This document shows positions 53,131 to 64,000 of a stretch of DNA of 64,000 nucleotides, piece by piece. Origin of the DNA: Isurus oxyrinchus (taxonomy: Eukaryota); NCBI GenBank assembly GCA_026770705.1, contig JANJGN010000387.1:434001-498000 (forward strand), given 5' to 3'. Both the position numbers and the translations under genes were made by a program. Position 1 is the stretch's first letter. Every line of letters starts with the position of its first letter. The notes under the pieces were generated by a model. The model saw nothing but the letters and a program-made list of their open reading frames with translations, did no database searches and had not been told where the DNA came from.

Positions 53131-55086
53131 GTCAAAATAGCAGGCAATGTTCTTGCAGTTTGTCCGCCTCTATTTCCATTTAAAACGACATAAAATATAT
53201 ACAGATACATACGTGTTGATGTCGAAATGCATGTGGTTGTGTGGGTACATGCGTGTTTGCGTGTGTGCAAACGCACCTATGTGTGTACGCGTGTGTGTTT
53301 GTTTGTGTAGCCTCTTTGACAAGTGTCTGTGCGCATGCCTGCCTGTGTTATTATAGTTCAGAGCTTCAACATTTTTTTTTGACCAAGAGTCTGTTTATCT
53401 CCACCTTGATGCCAGGTCATTTTAATCTGGCTCTTTCTATGCAAGGAGGTGGGAATGTGACACATAAGTTTTCGTTTAACGTTGTGTGGTCTACGGTTAA
53501 ACTATGTCATCAAATAGCAGATGACAAGATTCACTGGAGCAGGAAGCATGATTTATGCTGCCTGAGAGTAACTGAGAGCTGTTAATTACCTTTGATCAAA
53601 GATCCGTTGGTTTCTCTGACAATAAACTAAGAAGCGGGTATCCAACGACTCCTCCAGCTTGCAGCAGTTATAATCATTCAAAGGATTTCATTACAATTGT
53701 TTAACTTCCTTAACTTCTCCTTGCGCTTTTAGAACATAAAAAATTAAACATCTTATTGATTGGAGAATGCTTAGAGGCCTGATTCTTTGTTCCAAATTTC
53801 TGTGAATTTCATGCTGTACGAGGGAAATTTTAACAGAGCAGAAGTTGAAAATTCAAAAGACCTTTACATCTCCTGGATCTTCATCAAGCATCGTAAATAC
53901 GTGGAAAGAAAAAAAAATCACGTTTATATCTCTTTCTTAAGATGTTATTTAAACAGATTCTGTATTTTCCTCTAACTCTATCACTAGATTAAAGGAGTGA
54001 CTATTCTTCACTAGATATGCCCTTGTCGTTAAGCAACCTGGGACACTCTGAACTATTGAAGGACTTTATATAATTTCAGAAGTTGCTGTCTCCCAGTAAC
54101 TATGAATGAATAATGAGATGGAATTGTGAAATGAATGTACAGCTTCTTTCCACTAATTGTCAATTTCTATGCCTTTTTCCCTTTCCCTTGTCTAGGACTC
54201 TCCTTCAATTTATCTCTGTCTATTTGACTCTGTCTCTATCCTTAACTCTTTTTTTTCTCATTTGCTCGCCTTGATCTCTCTGTGTGATGAATATTCTCGC
54301 TCTCGCTCTGGTTAATTAGGCCAGGGTTGTTTCTAGATCGATTATTGCTCTGACATGGAATTCATAGCTGTGCAATGGATTAGCTCCGATTCAATACAAT
54401 GAAGACTAAATCTGTCCCTCACTTTTGATTCAGTACTCGGAGGAACATAGTGTTTTTTTCAGTTGCCATTTTGTATCTATAGCTCTCTGTCAGTCTTCGA
54501 ATTAAATACGTACAGAGAGAGAGGGAAGAGCCAAAAATATGCAGGAGAACAATGTCTTTATGTTTTTTTTCTCTGTTCAAACTGGTTAATAACAAAGACT
54601 AATCAACAGTGTTTGTGAAGCCGTCGCAAGAGGTTTGGATAAGGAGTGTAACGAAGCTTTGCTGCAAATATATAAGATTTTGCTAACAACACATTTGGAG
54701 AACTGTGCTCAGTTTTGGTCCACCTAACTGGGGCTGGGTAGCTCTGCCATAGATTGGTGCAACCAGATTCACCAGTCTCATTACAGCACGGAGCTGGAAA
54801 GGAGGGGAGGGGGGCGCTGTGGAGGCGGGGTTGGGGAGGGCGGAGTGGTGGAGGCGGGGAGGGAGGCATTCGACATACACAGTCTTTGCCGGACTTCCGG
54901 AGAGCAAACCAGTCAGATCAGCAATATCATCTTCATCTTCTTCGTCTTCTTCTTCATCATCATGAGAAACGAGTCAGCCTGAACCTATCAGGGTCAAGCT
55001 GTCTGGCTTAAATTTCAAACAATTCTTGGCAGTTAACTGTGCTTCGCCATAGGTGGTGCATTATTCAGGGAAATGCCACTTGCCAA

Positions 55087-55118
55087 CCAATCATCATTCT
55101 CCTCACATACAGTATAAA
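55087..55118 (+). promoter_or_regulatory. CCAAT (55087) and TATAAA (55113) upstream of a leader exon
   Basis: Motifs seen directly; function inferred from position. Confidence 0.4.
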
Positions 55119-55284
55119 TTGTGCTCCCCCCTCCCATGTATTTTTATTCTTGCGAGTTTCCTGATGAGTGCAGGGTGATAAGCTGAGACCTGTCTCTTTT
55201 TCAGAAATACTCAAGTTCTGTCCGAACAAAAACCAAAGTGTATTCTTTCTGCATTGAATAACAATGCGCAGTGTTGATTGTTGT

Positions 55285-55780
55285 ATGAGTGTCCATGACA
55301 CCAATGTTATATTGGTGTCCATCACACAACTTGCATCTGGTAAGGAACAGCATTTATTGGAGTCAATGAAATATTAAAGATCAATTGTGTCTATTAACTA
55401 ACAAATGCCATTGACGTACCTCGATATTGAGGCCGGGCTAAAGATATGAATTTGGATTTTTTAAAATTTTGATTCGTTGCCTTTGTTTGTCTGCCCCACC
55501 CCTGCCAGCATCGCACCTATCGGCTGCTGGAAGACATCAAACTGAGGAAACTTACATTTGCAATTTTTGTGTTGTTTATAAATCTCGGAGCCATACTCAT
55601 GTGCAGCTAAACGTGGTGGTAGGATGTAACAAATGTCTTGAATATACATCACATACTTCCGTACAGCATGAAATTCTGGCACAGGATACAACTTCAACAT
55701 GTCTTCTGATCGCCAGTGTGTCTCCTGGACAAGAATAATATTCGTCAAAGTGTTCCTTTTCCTCATAAATGTTCAACCAA
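55285..55780 (+). pseudogene. Leader exon (55285-55339) + 272-nt Cys-rich, possibly divergent Ig-like exon (55509-55780)
   Basis: MSVHDTNVILVSITQLAS|GTAAG; CCAG| acceptor and |GTAAGT donor. Open for ~75 codons; adding one base near 55735 gives a 91-codon phase 1-1 exon. Confidence 0.55.
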
Positions 55781-56248
55781 GTAAGTATTTCATGCGATTG
55801 TAACGCCTTTATTTTGTTAACTGTATTGTTATTTTTCCTCCAATTTTTCTTCACTCCATTGGTGAGGTCAGCTTCCTCAGCTTCGCTCACTGGTCAGTGA
55901 GTGTTCGTACAGTATCTAAATTAGTCACAAGCTGACCTGTCACTGTCTCAGTGGGCCGGAGAAGGGCTTCTCTATTTCCAGCAGAAACGGTAGCCTTGGC
56001 TGAACACTGCCAGAAGGAAATTACACCTATGATGGCCTGGGATCAGTTAACTGAGGGGTGAAATCGCTGAAGCTCCCTGTTTTTGTTGTTGTCTTCACAC
56101 TCGAAATGCAGTCAACCGTTGTATTGAAGGGAATGATTTAACGTGAGCCCGTGTGTGTGTGCGTGTGCGTGTGCATTGGAAAGCCTATTTCGTCCAAATG
56201 AAAAAAGTCTAAAAGTTGCATTGATAACATTCTGTTATTGTTTTCCAG

Positions 56249-56595
56249 AATACGGCCAACAGGAGAGACTTTCCCAAACACCCTCAATTGTAGCAGTGAG
56301 TGAAGGTGATACTGCGGTGTTGTCATGTATCTACCCAGCGACATACACAGCTGCTTACCTATTCTGGTACGTACAGTACTCGGGAAAAGGCCTTTAGTAT
56401 ATGCTGCTCAGACACACGGCTGGGAATGAAGAGAATGCACCAGCTTTTGCAAAGCGCTTTTCAGCCGTACAGGATAGGAGCAACACAAACATCCCTTTGA
56501 ACATCACAGACACCCAGCTCTCTGACTCAGCCGTGTGTTACTGCGCGGCTATGAAGCACCACGTTACATAAACCCTTACCACTGGTACAAAAACT
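56249..56595 (+). pseudogene. TCR alpha/delta-type V segment pseudogene with 23-RSS
   Basis: LSQTPSIVAVSEGDTAVLSCIY...YLFWYVQYSGKGL*YML...RFS...LNITDTQLSDSAVCYCA; stop at 56395. Heptamer CACCACG at 56557, 23-bp spacer, nonamer ACAAAAACT at 56587. Confidence 0.9.
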
Positions 56596-57019
56596 ATCAG
56601 CTCCAGTTGTTGTGAATTCTCTGAATTCCCTGCTTCAATCAGCCGTCGCACTGCTGTTATTCCTTTACAGATTTGTGGATCAGTGGTGGCACTCTGGCCT
56701 CAGAATCAGAAAATGTTATTTTAAGTCCCAGTCCGGAGATTGCATTTTTAATGTAGACTGGCATTTCGGTGTACAACTGTGGGAGCTTTCGAATGTATTG
56801 TACTGAAGCACGGTTTGCTTTCTCTGTTACAGATAAATGATGGCATATTTCAAGAAGGGCATTGCAGGTCTCCCAGTGCCCTGAATTAATACTTCATGCC
56901 GGCAGAGCAGCAGACTCCATCTGAACATGACTTTAATGGTGGAATGTGTTGTCAACATTGGGAAGGGACAAAGATGAAGAAACTACAACCATTTGCATGC
57001 GTTTATTCGGACAGCAGGC

Positions 57020-57125
57020 ACGTTCTGTTGAAGAGTCATGCGGACTCGAAACAATAACTGTGTTCCTCCTAGCAGATGCTGTCAGAAAAGCTAAGGTTTT
57101 TAGATGTATTTTTATTTTTGATTTC
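57020..57125 (+). mobile_element. Penelope terminal repeat with hammerhead-like motif
   Basis: GTT-CTGTTGA-A-GAGTC-ATGCG-GACTC-GAAA, then CAGATGCTG. Confidence 0.6.
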
Positions 57126-57649
57126 GTTTAATACAAATGCGGCTCATCCCACCATTTGACAGCGAACACACGGTCTGCAGATTCAACATCAATATCTATT
57201 GTATAAAATGGCAAACTGCATTTGATATTCACAAGTCTATAACTTGGTACTCCACGGTATATCTGTGTGTGCAGGAATGGACAGTGTTAAAGTCACACGG
57301 ATTCTGCTCAATAACAGAACAGTTGTGGTGTATCAGTTGTGGGCTACAACATTCAGTTGTGACAGTGAAAACTTCACATTACATATTGAAGAATTTCGAT
57401 GGGAGGAATGGAGATAGGAATGCTGGAATGGAAGAACGAAATCAGGAAGGGGAGAGGAAGGATGAAGTTAGGAAGGTGAGTAGGATGGAAGGGAGGAAAC
57501 TATAGATCTGCCTGATCTGTTGGTGAACATCTATTCTCAACCAATATAATAAAAAGGGGTGATATCGTCAGGATCATATTGCTGCTTTTTGGGAGCTTGC
57601 TGGGCTAAAGTTTCCTGACGTGCTTCCTAAATTTATTTTATTTGTTTCA

Positions 57650-58000
57650 TAGGATGTCGGCATCGCTGGCAAGACCTGCATAAGCTGTCCATTCCTAAAT
57701 GTCACTGAGTTGAATGGCTTGTTAGGGTATTTCATCAAAGGGCAGTCTTCAATCAATCTGGAGTCACATAGAGGCCAGACCAGGTAAGGGTGACAGATTT
57801 CCTTCCCTGAAAGATATGAGTGAACCACATGGGTTTTGTGACAATCACTGATAATTCACAGACACGATCATTGAAATGAATTCTCGATTCAGATTTTGTT
57901 AAGTTAATTTTACCAGCTTTCCGTGGTGGAATTTGAAAATGCATCCTCCAAAGATGAGCCTGAATCTCTGAATAATTACTCTAGTGACATTGCTAATAAG
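57650..58000 (-). mobile_element. SINE copy
   Basis: CTGGAGTCACATAGAGGCCAGACCAGGTAAGG...TTCCTTCCCTGAAAG core. Confidence 0.75.
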
Positions 58001-59155
58001 CCATTGTCTGCTCTCTAAGAGGTGATGTTGCACGGCGTAACTTTACATGTAAAGTACGTAAAGAGCAGCCTTGGTTTCATGTTTTGCAGGAAAACATTCC
58101 CCCTTGTCTGTTCCGATCCTAATTCATGTCCTTTATTTAAAAAAAAAATTCTATAATCAGTTCCCCAGAAATGTACTTGGAGAGTGAACATGTGGTGTCA
58201 CCAGTGTTTTCAAATGTTGACTCATTTTCTATGAATATTTTGTCTCATAGAATTGCCCTACTTTCCATTCAGCCTTTTTCTTCTGTCACCACTCAGTTGG
58301 AGATAAGGAGCCGCCGTTAGAGCCGGAAATGCACCTGTCTCGTTCTGTCCCACCTTGTACCGCAACTGTCACTCCCAGGTTACAGCAGCAGCGAGAAGCG
58401 TCACCTCACGAGGTGGTTTTAACATAACCTCAACAGTTAAAAATGCCCACGTGTGTTTTACGTCTCATGGAAGCTTTGCTGTGGCAAAAGCGATATCATT
58501 ACATTTTCATTGCCTATGCAAATTATTGCACTTGTTAATGTCACAGAAGGAAGTAAAATACAAAGTATCGTTTTGATAAGCAGTTGGTAACAAATAATGT
58601 AACAGAATTGTCCAAAGGGGAAACCTTTTATTTATATGTCCCTTGTTTATTTTTTGTGAAATCCAGGCAGGACTCTAATATCCTGGTGCCTCTAATTGAA
58701 CTCAAGCAAAAAAACAAATGTTCAATATTTACAAAATATTCCCTGCAAGTTAATGACTTCTGCCACGTTCTGTGACACGCTACATTATATACAATACGTT
58801 GGTGAACTTCAATGTACTTGGTGAAATTCAATCGTAATTTCCAGCTGTTAGTCATTGCAACAAGTTCACACTTGCGTCGAGAGTGAATAATCTAAATTTG
58901 ATGCTGTAAAAATATATTGCTTCCTTCCCTCTGAATAAACTCGTTATCCTGTTTGGATTTTTGATGCTTGCAGCTTGGTCGATTGTAACGTTTCCTTTCT
59001 CATTGCCTGGAGAATCGTAGCCCTGGTTAACCGCAAAGATTGAACATTACGACATATCAGTGGGGACACAAGAAGGGAACAACGATCCTCAATGCGGCTA
59101 GTTTCAGAGGTCAATTTGTGCCATTTTCTCTAGGTTACTATGTTAATACACGTTA

Positions 59156-59648
59156 ATGAAAGCGGCAGTGCGCTTACTCCTTTTCGGTGCCGTGTTTGGA
59201 GCACTTATCACGGGTAAGTATTATTGGAAGTATTTTTGAACCAAACGTAACAGCACTTTAAAAATGGGTTAGCTTTTGATTTTATTTTCCATTTAAAGCT
59301 GGCCTGACTCAGGAAATCTCTGTGACACAACACCTCCTGACAGTGGTTTGGACAAAAGGAGGCATTACAACTTCAGAATGCTTCTATTTCAGTACCAAGG
59401 GTTCCTTCAGCTTATTCTGGGTCCTGCAATACCCGGGCAAATAATTACAAATTCTACTTCGCAAGATTTCGGCTGGTTACCAAATGAGAGCACATTCTGC
59501 TCGAAGCCTTTTCTCGTCTGTACTGGTCACTACGAATACCATCATTATCTTAAAATTCTCCAAACTGCGGCTCTCTGACGCAGCCGATGTATTACTGCGT
59601 ATTGACACTCACAGCGATTGGAACCAGCCCGACAATCGTACAATAACT
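59156..59648 (+). pseudogene. TCR alpha/delta-type V pseudogene: leader 59156-59213, V exon 59299-59609, 23-RSS 59610-59648
   Basis: Leader MKAAVRLLLFGAVFGALIT|GTAAGT. V reads SVTQ...ECFY...LFWVLQYPGK*LQ...LRLSDAA, +1 frameshift, MYYCVL. CACAGCG-23-ACAATAACT. Confidence 0.9.
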
Positions 59649-61699
59649 TGATGGGCCCATGTGACTTGGAGGTAAGCTCTCATTGCGACTGTGGAACCTG
59701 GTAGTGAGAAGAACAGCACTCGCTATACGGTGTACTGTCAGGGTCACAGGACAAATATAATATACTGGTTCAGATAAATATTTGCAAACGGTACCAAAGC
59801 CTCAAATGTACCAATATGGCTCATAGAGTAGAATGAGTTAGATTTAATTTCCCAGTTATCGATCCAAACATGAAAGTCATATTTCTCTGGTGCATCTCTA
59901 GTGAAATGGTAAAGAAAGACTTCAGCAAGGACTGGATTTACATTATAGTGATTTTTTAAAAAACTTAGTCGATGACGTGAGTTTCAGTGAGTAGCGTACA
60001 GTTTCATAGAAAGCATTTCCAAGCGGTTAAGGTAGATCAGTTCAATCAAGGGCAGATTTCCTTGCTTGGGAGGTCACTTTGCTTACTATAGATATGTCAG
60101 GAATGAGCTAGTCTTCATCTCTCTTGGTTATGTGGTAACCTTCAGCTCCATACGGTATACCCTCAGAAAATGCCTCTATCGAGGCAGGTGACATAAGAAA
60201 TGCGGGGAGTCCCTGTTGGGCGCTGTAATTGTCTTCCGTTGAATGATTAGATTGGCAGTTCAGCCAAAGGCAAAGTCTTTTGAGTGATCCTTGCTAAAGC
60301 TGATTTTCGTTCGCAGCTAAATCGGGAGAAGTAATGTGCTGGAACACGTAACATGTAATAAGAGAGAAAGTAACGTTCAAAGAATTGATATTAGGGCAGG
60401 TACGAATCAGCCATTCCTGTTCAACCAGGGAGCTGTAATAGGAATTCGCCAGAAACTTGTGTTTCCCGAAATGCTCTATTAAATGTAAAGGATGAATAAA
60501 ATCCTTCTGCAATTTCAAACTTTCAAAGCGTCGAAACTACACCTGAGCTCAGAAAAGAAAATGTCATTGCCAAACCGGTGACTAATTTCACAGCTATTCT
60601 AAAATTCACACCGTTAACATTGTTAATGTTGCGTTTTTGCTCATCAAAACATCAGAAACAACTGGAGACGGATTTCACCCGAATTTAATGATACATCACA
60701 AACAATGGCAATAATATTGAAAGCCATAAATTTAAAATGCATTATGTTAAAACGTCATGACATATGTTTTCATACTTAGTTTGTTTATCCTATATCTGCC
60801 TTCATAGATATTACATTTTAAACCTGCATAAAATGTTTGGAAATCTATATGAGAAATTGTTATCAATAGTATTTTTCTATGCGTGGGTAATGACCATGAA
60901 TGCGAACATATGGGCTTGAACTTACTAAATTGTCAGATAACTTATAATTTGAACATTAAGGGAGACCATTCACTAAAATTACAACACATTGATAAAAGGA
61001 AATGTTTGCCATATTTGTCACATGTCTCACAAAGGCATCAGGATGAAACACATACCACATATCACCATCCCTGTTCCATTCTAGACGACGAAAACGAGCA
61101 GAGAACGTTAGAATTAATATTTATCTATCCTATTCAAATGGATAAAATAGATAAAATACAGAAGCAAGATGACGTTATTTTGAAACTCCAGGCTCCTTTG
61201 TCATTCGCTAGAATCATGACTAAAATTATTGACTGAAATTCATGGCAACATTTATTTGATTCTCTTTGATTTATCGATTTCTCTCTTGACTACACCTACA
61301 GTCCAATTGCGGTCGAAATTTCCAATGATTCACAATTCTCCGAGTTTGAAAATTTATTGCCACCTCAGCTCTAAATGGCCGATCTCTTACTTAGCACGTA
61401 ATATATTAATTACACCAAAAACACTAAATCTGGACTAGCACCCAGTATTTGACAAGGGCTTAGAGGAAAATCATTCTTCTTGTACGTATTCCTCTATTAG
61501 GAAATCTATGGTCCTGAGAAACCATCTCTGTTCATCCTGTGACCTACAAATTTTGGTTTCATTTAATCCCAGGAGCTCTTGCCCCCGATAAAATCACGCA
61601 TTTAATCCATATTATCTTTCCTCACTATACCTACCAAAATGGATAATTTAATACTTCTCCGAGATATGTGTGATCTGTTATGTGTCTGTCTATATCGCC

Positions 61700-62130
61700 A
61701 GAATGTGTCAATTATTTCCCACATCATTAGTGGATTGGATAGCTTCATTGTTTTATCTCTGCCTTTTAGCCTATTTCGATCCCTTCCCTTTATCCCACTC
61801 CACCCCCACTAGGGCTATCTGTACCTTGCTTGTCATGCTTTCTACCCTTAATTAGAACATTCCTTAGATAATATCACCACCTTCAACCCATCTTTGTCCT
61901 TTTGTCTGTGACATCATTTGGTTATCTCCAACTATCACTGGCCCTCTATCCAGCTCTACCTGTTCCCCCTCCCCCCGACACCCCACTTAATCCAGCTTAT
62001 ATTTCACCTCTCTTCTATTTTTACTTAGTTCTGTTGAAGAGTCATATGGACTCGAAACGTTAACTATGTTCCTCTCCGCAGATGCTGCCAGACCTGCTGA
62101 GTTTTTCCAGGTATTTTTTATTTGTGTTAC
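61700..62130 (+). mobile_element. Penelope-like element 3' end
   Basis: Pyrimidine-rich tail followed by the terminal repeat CAGATGCTGCCAGACCTGCTGAGTTTTTCCAG. Confidence 0.7.
62026..62066 (+). ncRNA. Minimal type I hammerhead-ribozyme-like motif
   Basis: TAGTT-CTGTTGA-A-GAGTC/ATATG/GACTC-GAAA-CGT-T-AACTA: perfect 5-bp stems I and II, palindromic loopless stem III. Confidence 0.65.
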
Positions 62131-62319
62131 CTAAATCTGTATTCCTCCTTCCCCTTGCAGTAAGCAACAGCAATCCATTTGCCATCCACATCAATTGTTG
62201 CATCTGGATTCCAGCTTTCCTTTTGTTATTCATGTAGCAGAACACAAAGCTCCCTCTGTACAGAAGAATTCTGCAATATCATTCAATTTAAATATAATAG
62301 TGTTTTTTGTTCTCCACTA

Positions 62320-63110
62320 TCCTGCCAACATGGACACCGCAACAGTTCCATGTGCCCTAAATTCCCACTTAATTAACAGTCCCTATGTATCCTCACTGAA
62401 CATTCGTTCATCAGTTCCCATGTTTCTGAAATTTAATTTCATGATTGCTCCAAATGTATCCTTCCTGACCAATGCATTAAGAGCCCCATAGGCCTGGGCT
62501 GCCGATTCTTTATTAGTCGTCATATATTCTTGCTGACCACGCCATTGTTAGTCCTGGATTTCTGAGTGAACCCGTTATTATCAGTCTCCATATCTCGGAT
62601 TTTACCTTCGGATTCTTCGTCTCCATGTAACCTTACTGCCAATTCAATCATCATACAAGTATCCTGACGGACCATAGAATTTTCTGTCATCATATACCCT
62701 TATTGAAAGTTCAATAGTCTATATTCTTGCATTCACAGAAAACATTTTATTTCTACTCCACATCTATTCTACTGAGCATTTAATTCTCAGTCCCAAAGTT
62801 TCCTTCAAGACCATTGTATTAACGTTTCCCATGCATCATTCCAGGCCATTCGATTGCTTTGCCCCATGTATCCATCCTGATCATTCAATTTTTAACATGC
62901 ACATTTGATCACTGACTTGCTTTATGAATCACCATGCTTAATTACAGGTCACTTCATTGACAGTTCCCATGTTCCCTTACAGACCATTGCATTTTCAAAC
63001 CTCACGTTATTATTAGCCCCTTTGTGTCCTTAATAATTTACGTATTTGCAGTCCCCGTTTATCCATACTAGACATGTATTATCAATTCCCGTTTGTCCTT
63101 ATTAACCACA
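62320..63110. repeat. Highly degenerate ~34-bp tandem repeat
   Basis: Recurrent CAGTTCCCATGT...GACCATTG-like units. Confidence 0.5.
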
Positions 63111-63489
63111 ACTTGATCTGCCTCTTTCAACTCTGTGAAGTTGTTAAGCTAACACATAAGCTAATTTACATCAGATTATTATTTGTTTACTGCATAATCC
63201 ACGTGCTATGTTTAAGATGATTGAGACATGTAATATTTGATATTTCGCTGATTCTGTCTTGTATTTCAATAAACATTTTCAGTTTCTCATGACCTGCTTC
63301 AACTAGCAGTCTCTGAAGTCTTGAACAAAATCCATTCATATTTCAGGTCCCTTCAGTTTGCTTTCTTTCCACCGTCTCCTGCTCCTTCATGTCATGACTG
63401 ATTCTGGATTGACAGTGTAGATGAAAACCTGTAACACATGTTCTCGTACAATGTTTATTCGACTGATAGCTGGGACGGGGTGTGAGGCT

Positions 63490-63945
63490 TATTTTATGAG
63501 GACAGTTTGGTCAGGCCTGGGACTGTAACCATTGGAGTTTAGAAGATAGAGAGATGAGCTTAGTGAAACATATATGACCCTGAAGGGACTTGACAAGGTG
63601 GATGCTGAAATTGTGATTCCCTCTGTGGGAGGGACCAGAACTAGGAGAGAGAGTTTAAGAGGGAGATGAGAAGATTTGTTTCCCCTTTTTTTCTCTCGGG
63701 GGGCGCTGAATGTTTGAAATTCGTTTCGGTGGAGAGCGGTTGAAGCAGGATCATTCAATGTTTTTAAGGTAGAGAGAGATGCATTCTTGACTAACCAGCG
63801 AGTCAAAGGTTCTCAGGTGGAGGAGAGAGGTACACAGAATGCGGAGTTGAGGCCACACTCACATCAGCTGTGACATTATTTAAAGATAGACCAAACCAGA
63901 GATGCTGAAGGGGCTACTTGTGCCCCTAATTCATATGTACGTATT
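63490..63945 (+). mobile_element. CR1-like LINE 3' tail
   Basis: TTGGAGTTTAGAAGATAGAGAGATGAGCTTAGTGAAACATAT (LEFRR.R..L.ETY) and tail. Confidence 0.8.
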
Positions 63946-64000
63946 TCCCAAATGAAATTATTTATTTGCACTGTTGAACCACAGTTCAGGAGATATTGAT

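Noticed and set aside
58297-58430. Exon-like VGDKEPPLEPEMH... and octamer ATGCAAAT at 58516
   Set aside because: No recognisable domain or partner exon; a single octamer ~640 bp from the V leader is expected by chance.
56600-64000. Search for D/J segments with 12-RSS or a constant exon
   Set aside because: None convincing; GGTTTTGTG at ~57832 lies within a SINE.

Overview
Eukaryotic, repeat-rich vertebrate DNA, most likely from a cartilaginous fish (inferred from the IgM-type TM exon, the TCR V style and the repeat families). The only clearly intact genes are three two-exon class A GPCRs of the GPR139/GPR142-like group (5905-8129 -, 23206-25574 +, 42563-48833 -). All three share a phase-1 intron after ...GIP and a promoter module with fixed spacing: a homeodomain site, an O/E(EBF)-like site 33 bp later, and a TATA box 23 bp after that, resembling olfactory-receptor promoters. 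Between them lie relics of immune genes: a multi-exon Ig-like/TM/ITIM-like receptor pseudogene with a duplicated Ig exon (11.6-13.8 kb), orphan IgH membrane exons TM1/TM2 (37.4-37.6 kb), two leader + Cys-rich domain pseudogenes (52.6 and 55.3 kb) and two TCR alpha/delta-type V pseudogenes with 23-RSS (56.2 and 59.2 kb). The rest is decayed CR1 and L2-like LINEs, SINEs, Penelope-like elements with minimal hammerhead-ribozyme motifs, a Harbinger-type Myb/SANT relic and tandem repeats. Most short ORFs in the track are spurious. Exon models were read by eye, no database searches were run, and repeat boundaries are approximate.
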